Below the pieces are notes generated by a model that was not told where the DNA came from, did not search any database, and saw only the letters and a list, made by a program, of their open reading frames with translations. A program made the position numbers and the translations under genes. Positions 28,549 to 40,145 of a stretch of 64,000 nucleotides of DNA are shown here, in pieces (the stretch's first letter is position 1; the number at the start of each line of letters is the position of its first letter). Source of the DNA: Candidatus Aenigmatarchaeota archaeon (GTDB taxonomy: Archaea; Aenigmatarchaeota; Aenigmatarchaeia; QMZP01; QMZT01); the NCBI GenBank assembly GCA_041489155.1, contig JBGPQP010000003.1:32001-96000 (forward strand), written 5' to 3'.

Positions 28549-29925
28549 ATGTATTCTCACGAAATACAGCGGCTTCTCGGGCACAAGAACATCGCCATTG
28601 GCGACAGGGTCCTCGTCCAGAAGGACGGCAAAAAGCACGAGGGCCTGCTCATGCCAAAGCCTTCCCACGGCGACGAGAGAACGGTTCTCATAAAGCTTGA
28701 CAGCGGCTACAACGTCGGCTTCGATATAACCGGCCTCGTGATTTCGAAGGCGCATTCGAAAGAGCCGAAAGACGTGAAAGAAGAGGCGAAATACGAATTC
28801 GGCAGGACGAACAAAGAGCTGCTTGAACTGAAGTTCGATGCGAACAAGCCTAAGGTCGCGCTAATCTCGACCGGCGGCACCATTGCTTCGCGGGTTGATT
28901 ACAGGACAGGAGGCGTCTACGCTGTCGAGAATCCCAAGGAGCTCCTGCACAACATACCCGAGCTTTCTCACATAGTTAATCTCGAGATGTTCAGCCCGAT
29001 TAAGAAGATGAGCGAGGATCTCGACCCTGAGGACTGGCAGCACATCGCCAGGGAGGTCGCTAAAGAGTTGAACGCCGGAAAAAAGGGTGTGATTGTAACG
29101 CACGGCACGGACACGCTGCATTACACTTCCGCTGCGTTATCATTTTTCCTTCAGAATCTCGGCAAACCCGTCGTCCTTGTAGGCGCGCAGAGGTCGAGCG
29201 ACCGGGGCTCGAGCGACGCCGGCCTGAACATCATCTGCGCGGCGCACGTCGCCGTGTCTGACATCGCCGAGGTCGGGACGTGCATGCACGGCAGCACGAA
29301 TGACGCATACTGCCATTTCATCCGCGGGACGAAGGTGCGCAAGATGCACACGACCAGGCGCGACGCCTTCCAGCCGATAAACGAGCCCGCGCTGGCGAGG
29401 GTCTTCGCTGATGGCAGGATCGATATAATCAACAAGAACTTCAGGAAAAGAGATGACAAGAAGAAGGTGGAGGTCGACGCAAAAATCGACCCGAACGTCG
29501 CGATACTCAAGGTCTATCCCGGCTCGCACTCGAATGTGATCGATTATCACATCAGGAACGGGTGTAAAGGCTTCGTCATCGAGGGGACCGGCATGGGCCA
29601 CGTGCCTACTGAAGTCTCGAAAAAGCCTTGGACCCTTGCGATAAAGAAGCACTCGGAAACCATCCCGTTTGTCATAACCTCCCAGACAATTTACGGCAGG
29701 GTAAACCCATACGTCTACACGAACCTGCGCAAGCTGTTCATCGATTCCGGAGCGATTCCTGGCGAGGACATGACCAGCGAAACTGCGTATGTCAAGCTCA
29801 TGTGGGTGCTCGGCAAGACAAAGAGTATGGAGAAGATACGCGAGATGATGCTTACGAACTACGTCGGTGAAATCACCAGCCGCACGGAAACCGACGCCTT
29901 TTCTGCAGAGGGATTGAATGAGTGA
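28549..29925 (+). CDS. gatD: Glu-tRNA(Gln) amidotransferase subunit D
   Basis: KLDSGYNVG, STGGTIASRVDYRTG, HGTDT, GAQRSSDR and ETAYVKLMW motifs. Confidence 0.97.
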   Translation: MYSHEIQRLLGHKNIAIGDRVLVQKDGKKHEGLLMPKPSHGDERTVLIKLDSGYNVGFDITGLVISKAHSKEPKDVKEEAKYEFGRTNKELLELKFDANKPKVALISTGGTIASRVDYRTGGVYAVENPKELLHNIPELSHIVNLEMFSPIKKMSEDLDPEDWQHIAREVAKELNAGKKGVIVTHGTDTLHYTSAALSFFLQNLGKPVVLVGAQRSSDRGSSDAGLNIICAAHVAVSDIAEVGTCMHGSTNDAYCHFIRGTKVRKMHTTRRDAFQPINEPALARVFADGRIDIINKNFRKRDDKKKVEVDAKIDPNVAILKVYPGSHSNVIDYHIRNGCKGFVIEGTGMGHVPTEVSKKPWTLAIKKHSETIPFVITSQTIYGRVNPYVYTNLRKLFIDSGAIPGEDMTSETAYVKLMWVLGKTKSMEKIREMMLTNYVGEITSRTETDAFSAEGLNE

Positions 29926-31069
29926 GATTTTAACTAAAAAGTTGCACAAAAATTCAGATAGAAAATTTTCGCTTATTTTAGCTAAACCCAAAAATAAGGC
30001 AGACGTTCCTAAAAATTTGTGGGAAAAATCAAAAAGGATAGTGGTTAATCGATTTCGTGAAGAATATGTACCTCTTTATCTCTTAAATTCATATAAGATT
30101 AAGATAGATAAGTTGGTTGTGAACAACACATACGGAAGGCCTATTAAATTTGTTACGGAATTAACAGAGGATTTCGCAAAAATAATAGGTGCTATTTGTT
30201 CGGATGGCCATATAACAACTAAATCAAAAGCTGATTATATCATACAGTTGGTCGATTCCGACAAAACAGCAGTCATAGCTTTTCAGAAATGGATTGAAAA
30301 TATATTTGGTAGAAAGTATACTGTCAATAAGGACTATACATCGAACTCGTGGAGAATAGATATAAACAACAAGATCATAGGCCGTTACTTGGTTGATGTT
30401 ATAGGGCTCCCTACCAATAAAAAATCTGATACTGTAAGATCACCAAAAGTTATAATGAGAAGTACTTCAGATATTCAAAAGGCATTTTGCGTTGGAGCTT
30501 TAACTTTCGATGGAGGAATAGACATAAGCGGTAATATAGAATTTTTAACACGTAGCAAACAATTCTATTTGGATATTGTTAGAATCCTGAAAAGATTGAA
30601 TATCGATGCGTACTACAAAAAAACAAGCGATAAAAACGGATTTTGGAGGTTCCATTTGTGCAGATCATCCCCAGAATATAAAAAATGGTTGCAACTTTTT
30701 GAAAAGGGAACAGAGAAATGGGAAAAAATAAAAGAAAACGTAAATGGTTTCAAAAAGATACCAACTTCGGAGAACGAAGTTCTTGAAACATTCAGCAGAG
30801 TATTCCCCTCTAAAAACAGAAGCTTTGTAAACATCTCTGATTTTTTTAATTGCCTAAAGAAAGCTGGAAATTGTAATATAGAGGAACTAACGAAGAAATT
30901 AAATATAGATAAAACCACAACAAATAAATATAGAAAAGTTCTGAAAGATTGCAATATAATACGCGAAGAACACATTGAGGGCAAGAAATATAAAATAGAG
31001 ATATGCTTCAATAAAAATATACACGAATGGAGAATACCAAAAAGGTCTTATAATGGAATTGGATTATAA
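29918..31069 (+). mobile_element. Free-standing double-motif LAGLIDADG endonuclease gene with C-terminal winged HTH
   Basis: FAKIIGAICSDGHI and FCVGALTFDGGI motifs; C-terminal IEELTKKLNIDKTTTNKYRKVL HTH; sharply AT-rich; overlaps both gatD and gatE. Confidence 0.8.
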
Positions 31070-32939
31070 AAAAATGGGTCTTAAATGTGGCATTGAGGTG
31101 CATAAACAGCTAGACACGGAACGCAAGCTTTTCTGCAACTGCAGGGCGCGCTTTTCCGAGGCGAAGCCGCAGGCAGAGGTTGTGCGGAAACTGCGAGTGG
31201 TCGCCGGCGAGACCGGCGAAATCGATGTGGCGGCGCTGGGTGAAGTTGCTAAAGGAATCGAATTCGTCTACAGGGTTTATCCCGATGAGACCTGCCTCGT
31301 CGAACTGGACGAAGAGCCAATTCATTCTCTTAATTCCGAAGCGCTTGATATTGTCCTCACCATAGGCGGACTTCTGAAGTGCGAGGTGCCAGAGGAAATC
31401 CACGTGATGAGGAAGACTGTTTTGGATGGTTCAAACACTTCCGGCTTCCAGAGGACGGCGATTGTTGGGTTGGACGGAAAAATGAAAACGTCTTTCGGCG
31501 AGGTCGGCATAGAAAACCTGTGCCTCGAGGAGGAGAGCTGCCAGATAATGGGGAGAGAGGGGAACCGCGTGTTTTATGGCCTGGACAGGCTTGGCATCCC
31601 GCTCGTCGAGATTGGCACTTCGCCCGATATCCGCTCGCCAGAACAAGCGAGAGAAGTCGCTGAGAAACTTGGCATGATAGTGCGCTCGACCGGGAAGGTG
31701 AAGCGAGGCCTCGGCACGATCAGGCAGGACATAAATGTTTCCATCGCGGGCGGCGCGAGAGTCGAGATAAAGGGTGTGCAGGAACTGAGGATGATTCCCA
31801 AGTTCGTCGAGAACGAGGCGCTGAGACAAAAGGCGCTGCTTGAGATAAGGAATGAGCTGAAGAAAAAAGGCTTCAAGCCGGTTAGGCCGAAAGTTGTTCA
31901 TGTTTCCCACATATTCAAAGGTTCTGAATCGAAGATAACGAAGGACAAGGCAACGTATGCGATTCTCATTCCAGATTTCGCGGGCTTCATGAAAAGGCAA
32001 ATCACGCCCACGAGAACGCTTGGGAATGAGATAGCGAATTACGTGAGAGCGCATTCCGACCTGAAGGGCATAATCCACAGCGACGAGGAACTCGAGAAAT
32101 ACAAGCTGGGCAAGGAATTTGGGAAACTCAGAACGGCGATGAAAGCGCATCATGGCGACACGCTCATAATCGCGGTCGGCGAGAAGGAAGCAGTTCAAAG
32201 GACCATGGACGTCGTTGCCCGGAGAATAAACCAGCTTACTGAAGGCGTTCCGAAGGAAGTGCGAAAAGCGCTTGAAACGGGTGAGACGGAATACATGCGT
32301 CCCCTTCCGGGGTCGGCCAGGCTTTACCCGGAGACCGACATACCGCCGATACGCATCACCCGCAAGAAGCTCGCTGAGATTCGAAGAAATCTGCCCGAGC
32401 TGCTCGCTGAAAAGGAGGAGAGGCACAAGAAAGAGATAGTCGAGAAGTTCAGGCTAAGCGAGGAGATAACCAAGCAGCTGGTAAAGGCCGGCAAGAAAAA
32501 GCTTTTCGATGCGCTTGTGCAGACGGGCGCTGACCCGAAGGTGATAGCCACCACGCTGACCTCAACGCTGCCTTATCTGAAGAAGAGCGGCGTCGCAATC
32601 GATAAGCTCGAGGAACGCCATTTCGCCGCGCTTTTCGTGAAATTCAGGGAAGGACATCTGACGAAGGAAGCGCTTCCTGATGTTCTGAAAGAGCTTGCCG
32701 CCCATCCCGGCATCGACATAGAGAACGCAATAAGGAAAACGAAAATTGTCTCGCTCAAGCTGGACGATCTTAAGAAGATAATCCAGAAGACCATTGAAAA
32801 GAACAGCGAACTGGTCGGTGACGAGCGGGGCGAGAAAGTCTTGCTGGGCCTGGTCATGCAGGTGGTCAGGGGCAAGATCGACCCGACCATCGTAATGAGT
32901 GAGCTTGAGATTGCATTAAGAAAAATCAAACAAAAATAA
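31053..32939 (+). CDS. gatE: Glu-tRNA(Gln) amidotransferase subunit E
   Basis: GLKCGIEVH, KLFC, MRKTVLDGSNTSGFQRT, LDRLGIPLVEI, GLGTIRQD and RLYPETD motifs. Confidence 0.97.
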   Translation: MELDYKKMGLKCGIEVHKQLDTERKLFCNCRARFSEAKPQAEVVRKLRVVAGETGEIDVAALGEVAKGIEFVYRVYPDETCLVELDEEPIHSLNSEALDIVLTIGGLLKCEVPEEIHVMRKTVLDGSNTSGFQRTAIVGLDGKMKTSFGEVGIENLCLEEESCQIMGREGNRVFYGLDRLGIPLVEIGTSPDIRSPEQAREVAEKLGMIVRSTGKVKRGLGTIRQDINVSIAGGARVEIKGVQELRMIPKFVENEALRQKALLEIRNELKKKGFKPVRPKVVHVSHIFKGSESKITKDKATYAILIPDFAGFMKRQITPTRTLGNEIANYVRAHSDLKGIIHSDEELEKYKLGKEFGKLRTAMKAHHGDTLIIAVGEKEAVQRTMDVVARRINQLTEGVPKEVRKALETGETEYMRPLPGSARLYPETDIPPIRITRKKLAEIRRNLPELLAEKEERHKKEIVEKFRLSEEITKQLVKAGKKKLFDALVQTGADPKVIATTLTSTLPYLKKSGVAIDKLEERHFAALFVKFREGHLTKEALPDVLKELAAHPGIDIENAIRKTKIVSLKLDDLKKIIQKTIEKNSELVGDERGEKVLLGLVMQVVRGKIDPTIVMSELEIALRKIKQK

Positions 32940-34274
<1,335 letters not shown>

Positions 34275-34293
34275 TCAGACGTCGGGCGGAAAG

Positions 34294-35100
34294 CTACAGA
34301 TAGCATTTCATCTTCTCGCCGCTCACGCCTGCGTAAAGCTCTATGTAAGGCTTCACGGGGCTCGAATTTATCTTCTTGAGCAGAACTTCCTCGACCTGGA
34401 AGAAGCCGACAGGCGAGTCCATCTCCACCGTTATCTTTATCGGCCGTTTCTGGCCTTTTTCAATCGTGACTTTATGGATCGAGGTGGATGAATATTTGTG
34501 TATGTCGCCCATCTTGCCCATGGCGGATTCCTTGATTATCATGGGTATGCGCGCGCGGCCTTTCTCCATGTCGCAGCCGTCCGCGATAAGTATTATGCCC
34601 GCCTCGAGCGAGTCGATCTTCTGACCGCCCATGTGGCCTAGAATCCCCTCTATCGCCATCGAGCGCACGATAACCTTCTGTTCAACGTCGTCCTTGTAAA
34701 CGTGCCCGAGAATCCTGTCAAGAATCGGCACTGCAAAAAGGGAAGCCGCATTCTCGTGCTTTTCGCGGCCGACGCTCATGCCTATGTCGTGCAGGAATGA
34801 CGCCAGCATCACGGCGATCTTGCTGTCCTCGAACGAGCCCGCGCCCTCGCTCTCGAGATTGAGCTTGATGCCTGCCCTGTTCAGCAGGTCGATCATGGCC
34901 AGCGCGTTAATCACGACTTTCCTCATGTGCACAGGGCCGTGGTCGTTGTAGCCCAGTCTCTTTATGGAAACCGTGTTGGCGTAGTCCTGCAGGCAGTCGA
35001 TTTCCCTGTCTTTCAGCATCAGCTCGGCGATTTTCAGCGGCCTGCCTGAAAGCATCTTCAGGATCTTCTCATCCATGACAGTCTCTTTGGGTGATGTCAT
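34294..35100 (-). CDS. HD-superfamily metal-dependent phosphohydrolase
   Basis: YNDHGPVH...LHDIG...GHM...ADGCD. Confidence 0.85.
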   Translation of the reverse strand: MTSPKETVMDEKILKMLSGRPLKIAELMLKDREIDCLQDYANTVSIKRLGYNDHGPVHMRKVVINALAMIDLLNRAGIKLNLESEGAGSFEDSKIAVMLASFLHDIGMSVGREKHENAASLFAVPILDRILGHVYKDDVEQKVIVRSMAIEGILGHMGGQKIDSLEAGIILIADGCDMEKGRARIPMIIKESAMGKMGDIHKYSSTSIHKVTIEKGQKRPIKITVEMDSPVGFFQVEEVLLKKINSSPVKPYIELYAGVSGEKMKCYL

Positions 35101-35144
35101 ACTATCTCCTTGTTTTTCACAGAATAAAAATAAACTACAGTTCG

Positions 35145-36617
35145 TCAGCCCTCGGAGCCGCCCCAGTAATTGGGGGCTTCCTCGGTTATTATCACATCAT
35201 GCGGATGCGATTCTTCGACGCCTTCTTTCGTCACGCGGATGAACCTCGCCTTCCTTTTCATCTCGTTTATGCTGGCGCAGCCGCAATAGCCCATCGAAGA
35301 ACGCAGGCCGCCGACCATCTGGAAAACCATTTCACCGACGCTCCCCCTGTAGGGCACGACTCCTTCCACGCCCTCCGGGACGAATTTCACGGCCTCGCTC
35401 TGGCCGTACCTGTCCTTTGAGCCGAGCTGCATCGCCTTTACAGAACCCATCCCCCTGTACTTCTTGTACTTCCTTCCGCCCATGTGAACGATTTCGCCCG
35501 GTGCCTCCTCGGTGCCGGCGAAAAGGGAGCCAATCATCACCACGCTCGCGCCGGCGGCAATCGCCTTGGCGATGTCGCCAGAATTCCTTATGCCTCCGTC
35601 GGCTATCACCGAGATTTTGCGTTTTTCCGCTGCATCGGAGCATTCCTGCACCGCGGTTACCTGCGGCACCCCGATGCCGGCGACGATTCTCGTCGTGCAT
35701 ATCGAGCCCGGCCCGATGCCGACTTTAACAGCGTCAGCGCCTGCCGCTATAAGATCACGGGTGCCTTCCGCTGTAGCCACGTTCCCCGCTATCACGTCAA
35801 TGTCATGTGCCCTTTTCAGCTGCCTGACCATTCTTATCACGTTCTCGCTGTGGCCGTGGGCCGTGTCGACCGTCAGGATATCAACGCCGGTCTTTATCAA
35901 CGCCTCGGCCCTCGCCGTGTCGAACGGCCCTATTGCCGCTCCCACGAGAAGACTCCCTTCCCTGTCCTTGGATGCATGCGGGTACTTCTGGGTCTTCTTA
36001 AGGTCAGCGAAGGTTATAAGGCCTTTGAGTCTCCCTTTCTCGTCCACTATCGGAAGCTTTTCCACCTTGTGTTTGTTCATGATTTCCACGGCTTCAACCA
36101 GGTCGGCCCTTCTTGTGATTATCGGATTCTTCGTCATCATGTTCCTTACCTTCTCGTTCGGGTCGTTTTTGAACCACATGTCCCTGCTGGTGAGAATGCC
36201 GACGACTTTCCCGTTCTCCACAACTATGAAACTCCCTACGCCCGTTTTCTTGGAAACTTCCCAGACCTTCGCAAGGGTGTCGCCCGGAGCAACTGTCAGA
36301 GGATTGCGAATTATCCAGGACTCGGATTTCTTTACCCTCCCGACTTCCTCCGCCTGCTTCTCGACGGGCATGTTCTTGTGTATTATGCCCATCCCGCCTT
36401 CCTGCGCCAGGGCGATGGCCATCTGAGATTCAGTGACAGTGTCCATCGCAGCGCTCATGATGGGTATGTTGAGAGAAATCCTTTTCGTCAGCCTGGTCTT
36501 GGTGTCAACGTCCTTGGGGATGACGCTTGATCGTCTTGGTACTAGCAGAATGTCATCGAACGTCAACGCTATCTTCCTTCTGAGCCTTTTCATCCGCGCA
36601 CCTTTCCTCCAATCCAT
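35145..36617 (-). CDS. guaB: IMP dehydrogenase with CBS pair
   Basis: [40 protein letters not shown] and PEGVEG motifs. Confidence 0.98.
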   Translation of the reverse strand: MDWRKGARMKRLRRKIALTFDDILLVPRRSSVIPKDVDTKTRLTKRISLNIPIMSAAMDTVTESQMAIALAQEGGMGIIHKNMPVEKQAEEVGRVKKSESWIIRNPLTVAPGDTLAKVWEVSKKTGVGSFIVVENGKVVGILTSRDMWFKNDPNEKVRNMMTKNPIITRRADLVEAVEIMNKHKVEKLPIVDEKGRLKGLITFADLKKTQKYPHASKDREGSLLVGAAIGPFDTARAEALIKTGVDILTVDTAHGHSENVIRMVRQLKRAHDIDVIAGNVATAEGTRDLIAAGADAVKVGIGPGSICTTRIVAGIGVPQVTAVQECSDAAEKRKISVIADGGIRNSGDIAKAIAAGASVVMIGSLFAGTEEAPGEIVHMGGRKYKKYRGMGSVKAMQLGSKDRYGQSEAVKFVPEGVEGVVPYRGSVGEMVFQMVGGLRSSMGYCGCASINEMKRKARFIRVTKEGVEESHPHDVIITEEAPNYWGGSEG

Positions 36618-36731
36618 GTACTTCCGTCTGGGTGTTGCTTTGAGAAGATTATTGACTCGTGGTTTTTAAAGTTTTCCCCTCCCGACTGGACAATTGAAAA
36701 CGTTTTATCTGTCCTCAGGCAAAAAAATAAT

Positions 36732-38147
36732 ATGATAGGTTTCTTTTTCACGGCCTTGGCTTTCATTATTCTGGTATTTTTTATCGCAAGACCGGTTTCA
36801 ATAAATGTCCCAGGCCTTGGCCGGAAGCTGAAGTTAGACTACGCCGCAGGTAGCGTAATTGGCGTTTCCCTTTTGCTGCTGGCAAGCGTCCTTGCGCCGC
36901 ATCAGGCCTTCGCCTCGCTCATCGGCCGGCCGGGCTTCAGCCCTTACACGATAATCATCCTTTTCATGGCCGTCGCCTACATAGCGATTTCCCTCGACAG
37001 CACCGGCTTCTTCGAATACCTGGCGCTCAAGATAGCCAAGCGCTCCGGTGGCGACGGGCGCAAACTGTTCTTCTATTTCTACTTCCTAAGCGGCTTCATC
37101 ACGCTTTTCACGTCCAACGATATCGTAATCCTTACGCTCACGCCGATCATCTTCTACTTCGGCAAGCATGCGAAAATCAAAGTCCTGCCGTATCTCATCG
37201 CCGAGTTTTTTGCGGCAAATATCTGGAGCATGTTCCTTTACGTGGGCAACCCCACGAATATAATCGCGGCTTCAGCGAGCGGCATAGGCCTGATAGAATA
37301 CAGCGTATGGATGATACTTCCAACGATAGCAGCCGGTCTCTCCTGCCTGGTACTGCTTTACTTCGTCTTCAGGGAACAGGTAAGCTTCAAATTCAAAGTC
37401 CCTCACGTTAACCCAGACGATTTCCTCAAGGACAGGCGCTGCGCCTTCGTGACCTTCACCGTCTTCTGCCTGACCCTGGTCACCCTCAGCCTTTCGCCTT
37501 TCATCGGTGTTGAGATGTGGGTGGTATCTCTGTTATTCGCCGTTGCGCTGTTCATTTACGACACGGGCAGCGCCTTCAGCGAATACTACAACGAGAAGAT
37601 GACCTTCTACCACGTGTTCAAGCGCTATGTGCTGCGCCACAGGACGAAGATATACCAGTTTCGCCTGCACCTCATAGCAGAGAGGATGCCGTGGAAAATC
37701 GTTCCCTTCCTCCTGTGCTCCTTCGTGATGGTCGAGGCGCTTGTCGTGAGCGGCGTTACCGATGCCGCAGCGGCATTCTTTTCTTCGATATCTGCCAACA
37801 TATTCATGGCGGTCCTGTCCATGGGCTTCCTTTCCAGCCTAGCGGCGAATCTCGTCAACAACCAGCCGATGACCGTCCTCTTCACGAAAATCACTGAGAG
37901 CAGCCAGTTCGCCATGCCTGCAAGCACAAAGCTTGCCTCTATATTCTCGCTTATAATAGGCAGCAACCTCGGAGCGAATATCACGCTCATCGGCGCCCTC
38001 GCAGGCATAATGTGGTCGAAAATCCTGAAGGACAAGAACCAGACGGTCACCTACCGCGGCTTCGCCGAGCTCGGCTTCCTCGTTATGCCTTTGGTCATCC
38101 TTGCCGCCTGCGGCGTGCTTGCGCTGGAGTTCTTTTTCTTCGGCTAA
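36732..38147 (+). CDS. ArsB/NhaD-family ion transporter
   Basis: Polytopic membrane protein; TSNDIVILTLTP, GNPTN, NNQP, GSNLGAN and GALAG motifs. Confidence 0.85.
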   Translation: MIGFFFTALAFIILVFFIARPVSINVPGLGRKLKLDYAAGSVIGVSLLLLASVLAPHQAFASLIGRPGFSPYTIIILFMAVAYIAISLDSTGFFEYLALKIAKRSGGDGRKLFFYFYFLSGFITLFTSNDIVILTLTPIIFYFGKHAKIKVLPYLIAEFFAANIWSMFLYVGNPTNIIAASASGIGLIEYSVWMILPTIAAGLSCLVLLYFVFREQVSFKFKVPHVNPDDFLKDRRCAFVTFTVFCLTLVTLSLSPFIGVEMWVVSLLFAVALFIYDTGSAFSEYYNEKMTFYHVFKRYVLRHRTKIYQFRLHLIAERMPWKIVPFLLCSFVMVEALVVSGVTDAAAAFFSSISANIFMAVLSMGFLSSLAANLVNNQPMTVLFTKITESSQFAMPASTKLASIFSLIIGSNLGANITLIGALAGIMWSKILKDKNQTVTYRGFAELGFLVMPLVILAACGVLALEFFFFG

Positions 38148-38253
38148 GCCATTTTGCGGGTTGCATGTTTGATGTCCCTTGGGACAGACCTGCGTCTGCG
38201 AAGGTTCAAAACAAAAAGAAAAAGAAAAGATTGTATCGTTGGCCATCTCTGCT

Positions 38254-38574
38254 TTACTTTGCTTTTGTTATCGTGTAGACTTCCTTGAGAGCCACTATCA
38301 GCGCTGCACCTGCTACGAAGGCGACGAATGCGGAAAGCATCCCGCCCACCATCGTACCAAGAGTCGTGTGTAATGCTGAACCGACAAGCATAAGCGCGAC
38401 AGTCCCCAGAAGGAACTTCTGCACTTCCCCGCCTGTGACGTTAAGGAATCCTACAATGATTCCAAGCACGGCGAGGGCTGGAAGTCCGTAAACTCCCAGG
38501 TCGAAAAACCCTGCAATCACTGAAATTACTATTCCAACGATAAATGCATATCTACCGACTGTTTCCATGTTCAT
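38254..38574 (-). CDS. Small 4-TM membrane protein
   Basis: 106 aa, four hydrophobic segments, GIIVGFLNV. Confidence 0.75.
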   Translation of the reverse strand: MNMETVGRYAFIVGIVISVIAGFFDLGVYGLPALAVLGIIVGFLNVTGGEVQKFLLGTVALMLVGSALHTTLGTMVGGMLSAFVAFVAGAALIVALKEVYTITKAK

Positions 38575-38685
38575 ATAAATCTATATTTGGTTGCACCTAT
38601 ATAAATCTTTCTCTCTGTAACTGTTAACTGTTATAATATTTGTTGAATATTCAGCTTCTACGGCCGCGAAAGCACGAGTCTAACC

Positions 38686-38858
38686 TTTATAAAGGTAAGT
38701 CCCATATTAATCAACTAAAAGCGAAAAACGGCGTTAGGGATCATGCGCCTCTTGGCGGTGAATGCTAATTCTGTTTTTTGTCTATTGAAACGTGTAAACC
38801 GCAAGTAGACAACGTTTACTTCAATAAAAGTTTACATGCTTTAGAAGGAGTGATAGAG
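38686..38858 (+). promoter_or_regulatory. TATA box and long structured 5' leader of the DEAD-box helicase gene
   Basis: TTTATAAA near 38687; several overlapping inverted repeats at 38778-38838; SD GGAGTGA at 38847-38853. Confidence 0.5.
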
Positions 38859-40145
38859 ATGTCATTTGAAAAATTAGGAATAGAGCCGAGGATACTTGAT
38901 ATTCTCAGGAAGGCGGGTTTTGAAAAACCGATGCCCATACAAAGGGAGTGCATACCTCTCGTAAAACAGGGGAAGGACGTCATAGCCCAGTCGGAAACAG
39001 GGTCGGGCAAGACGCTCGCTTTCGCGATACCCATAATGGAGAAAATCGAGCAGGGCAAAGGCATACAGGCCCTTGTCGTCACGCCGACTAGGGAACTTGC
39101 GAACCAGATAACAAAGGAGTTTCTCAAGCTGACGGCGTACAAGATGGCCAACATAACGAGCGTTTACGGAGGTGTGTCCATCGAACCCCAGATAAGTTCG
39201 CTTAGGACGGCGGATGTCGTCGTCGGCACGCCGGGCAGGATACTGGACCATCTAGAGAGAAGGACCATAAATCTCTCAAACGTGAAGTACCTTGTCATCG
39301 ACGAAGCTGACCGCATGCTCGACATGGGCTTCATAGACGACGTGGAGAGGATCGTAAGCTACACGCCGAGAAGCCGCCAGACCATGCTGTTCAGCGCGAC
39401 CATACCCGGGCCAGTGTATGGCATAAGCCAGCGCTACATGAAGAATCCAATAGCGATAGAGACTGAAAGGCATGTCAAGCCGGAGTTTCTCCGCCAGATA
39501 TATTATGACGTCATGGAGAACGAGAAGTTCTCTGTCCTTGTCCATCTTATACAACAGGAAAAGCCGAAGCTCGCGATGATTTTCTGCGGCAAAAGATCGA
39601 CAGCGGACGCAGTCGCGAGAAACCTGCAGATGCAGGGCATAAACGCGAGGGTGATACACGGCGGGCTCGAGCAGAACAAGCGCGAGCGCATAATAAGCGA
39701 CACGCATGCTGGCAGCGTTCAGGTGCTTGTTGCAACGGACGTCGCTTCGCGCGGCCTCGACATAAAGGGAGTGACGCACGTCTTCAACTATGACGTTCCA
39801 GCGAAGAAGGACGATTACATCCACAGAATAGGCAGGACCGCGCGCGCCGGCAAGTCTGGCATCGCGATAACCATCCTTTCAGACTCGGACTACGACAACT
39901 TCCGCAGGATACTCAGGGACAACATGGGCCTCAACGTCGAGGAAGGCGCAAAAGAAGACTTCAGGCGCATCCCGTTCAATCCGCGCGCAGGCCGCGAGTA
40001 CAGAGGCGATGGTTATCATCAGGGAAGCCATTACGGAGGCGGGGGACAACATGGCCATCGTCATGCCCGTGACAGCCACAGAAGCTACGGACATCGCAGC
40101 AGTGAGCATGAGCATCGCAGCAGCTGGAGATCCCGCAGCCGTTAG
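38859..40145 (+). CDS. DEAD-box RNA helicase with low-complexity H/G/R/S tail
   Basis: Q motif, TGSGKT, PTRELA, TPGR, DEAD, SAT, RGLD and HRIGRTAR. Confidence 0.96.
   Translation: MSFEKLGIEPRILDILRKAGFEKPMPIQRECIPLVKQGKDVIAQSETGSGKTLAFAIPIMEKIEQGKGIQALVVTPTRELANQITKEFLKLTAYKMANITSVYGGVSIEPQISSLRTADVVVGTPGRILDHLERRTINLSNVKYLVIDEADRMLDMGFIDDVERIVSYTPRSRQTMLFSATIPGPVYGISQRYMKNPIAIETERHVKPEFLRQIYYDVMENEKFSVLVHLIQQEKPKLAMIFCGKRSTADAVARNLQMQGINARVIHGGLEQNKRERIISDTHAGSVQVLVATDVASRGLDIKGVTHVFNYDVPAKKDDYIHRIGRTARAGKSGIAITILSDSDYDNFRRILRDNMGLNVEEGAKEDFRRIPFNPRAGREYRGDGYHQGSHYGGGGQHGHRHARDSHRSYGHRSSEHEHRSSWRSRSR

Noticed and set aside
29918..31069. Intein or self-splicing intron
   Set aside because: The ORF is not in frame within a host protein, has no Cys/Ser...His-Asn splice termini, and has no non-coding flanks for a ribozyme core.
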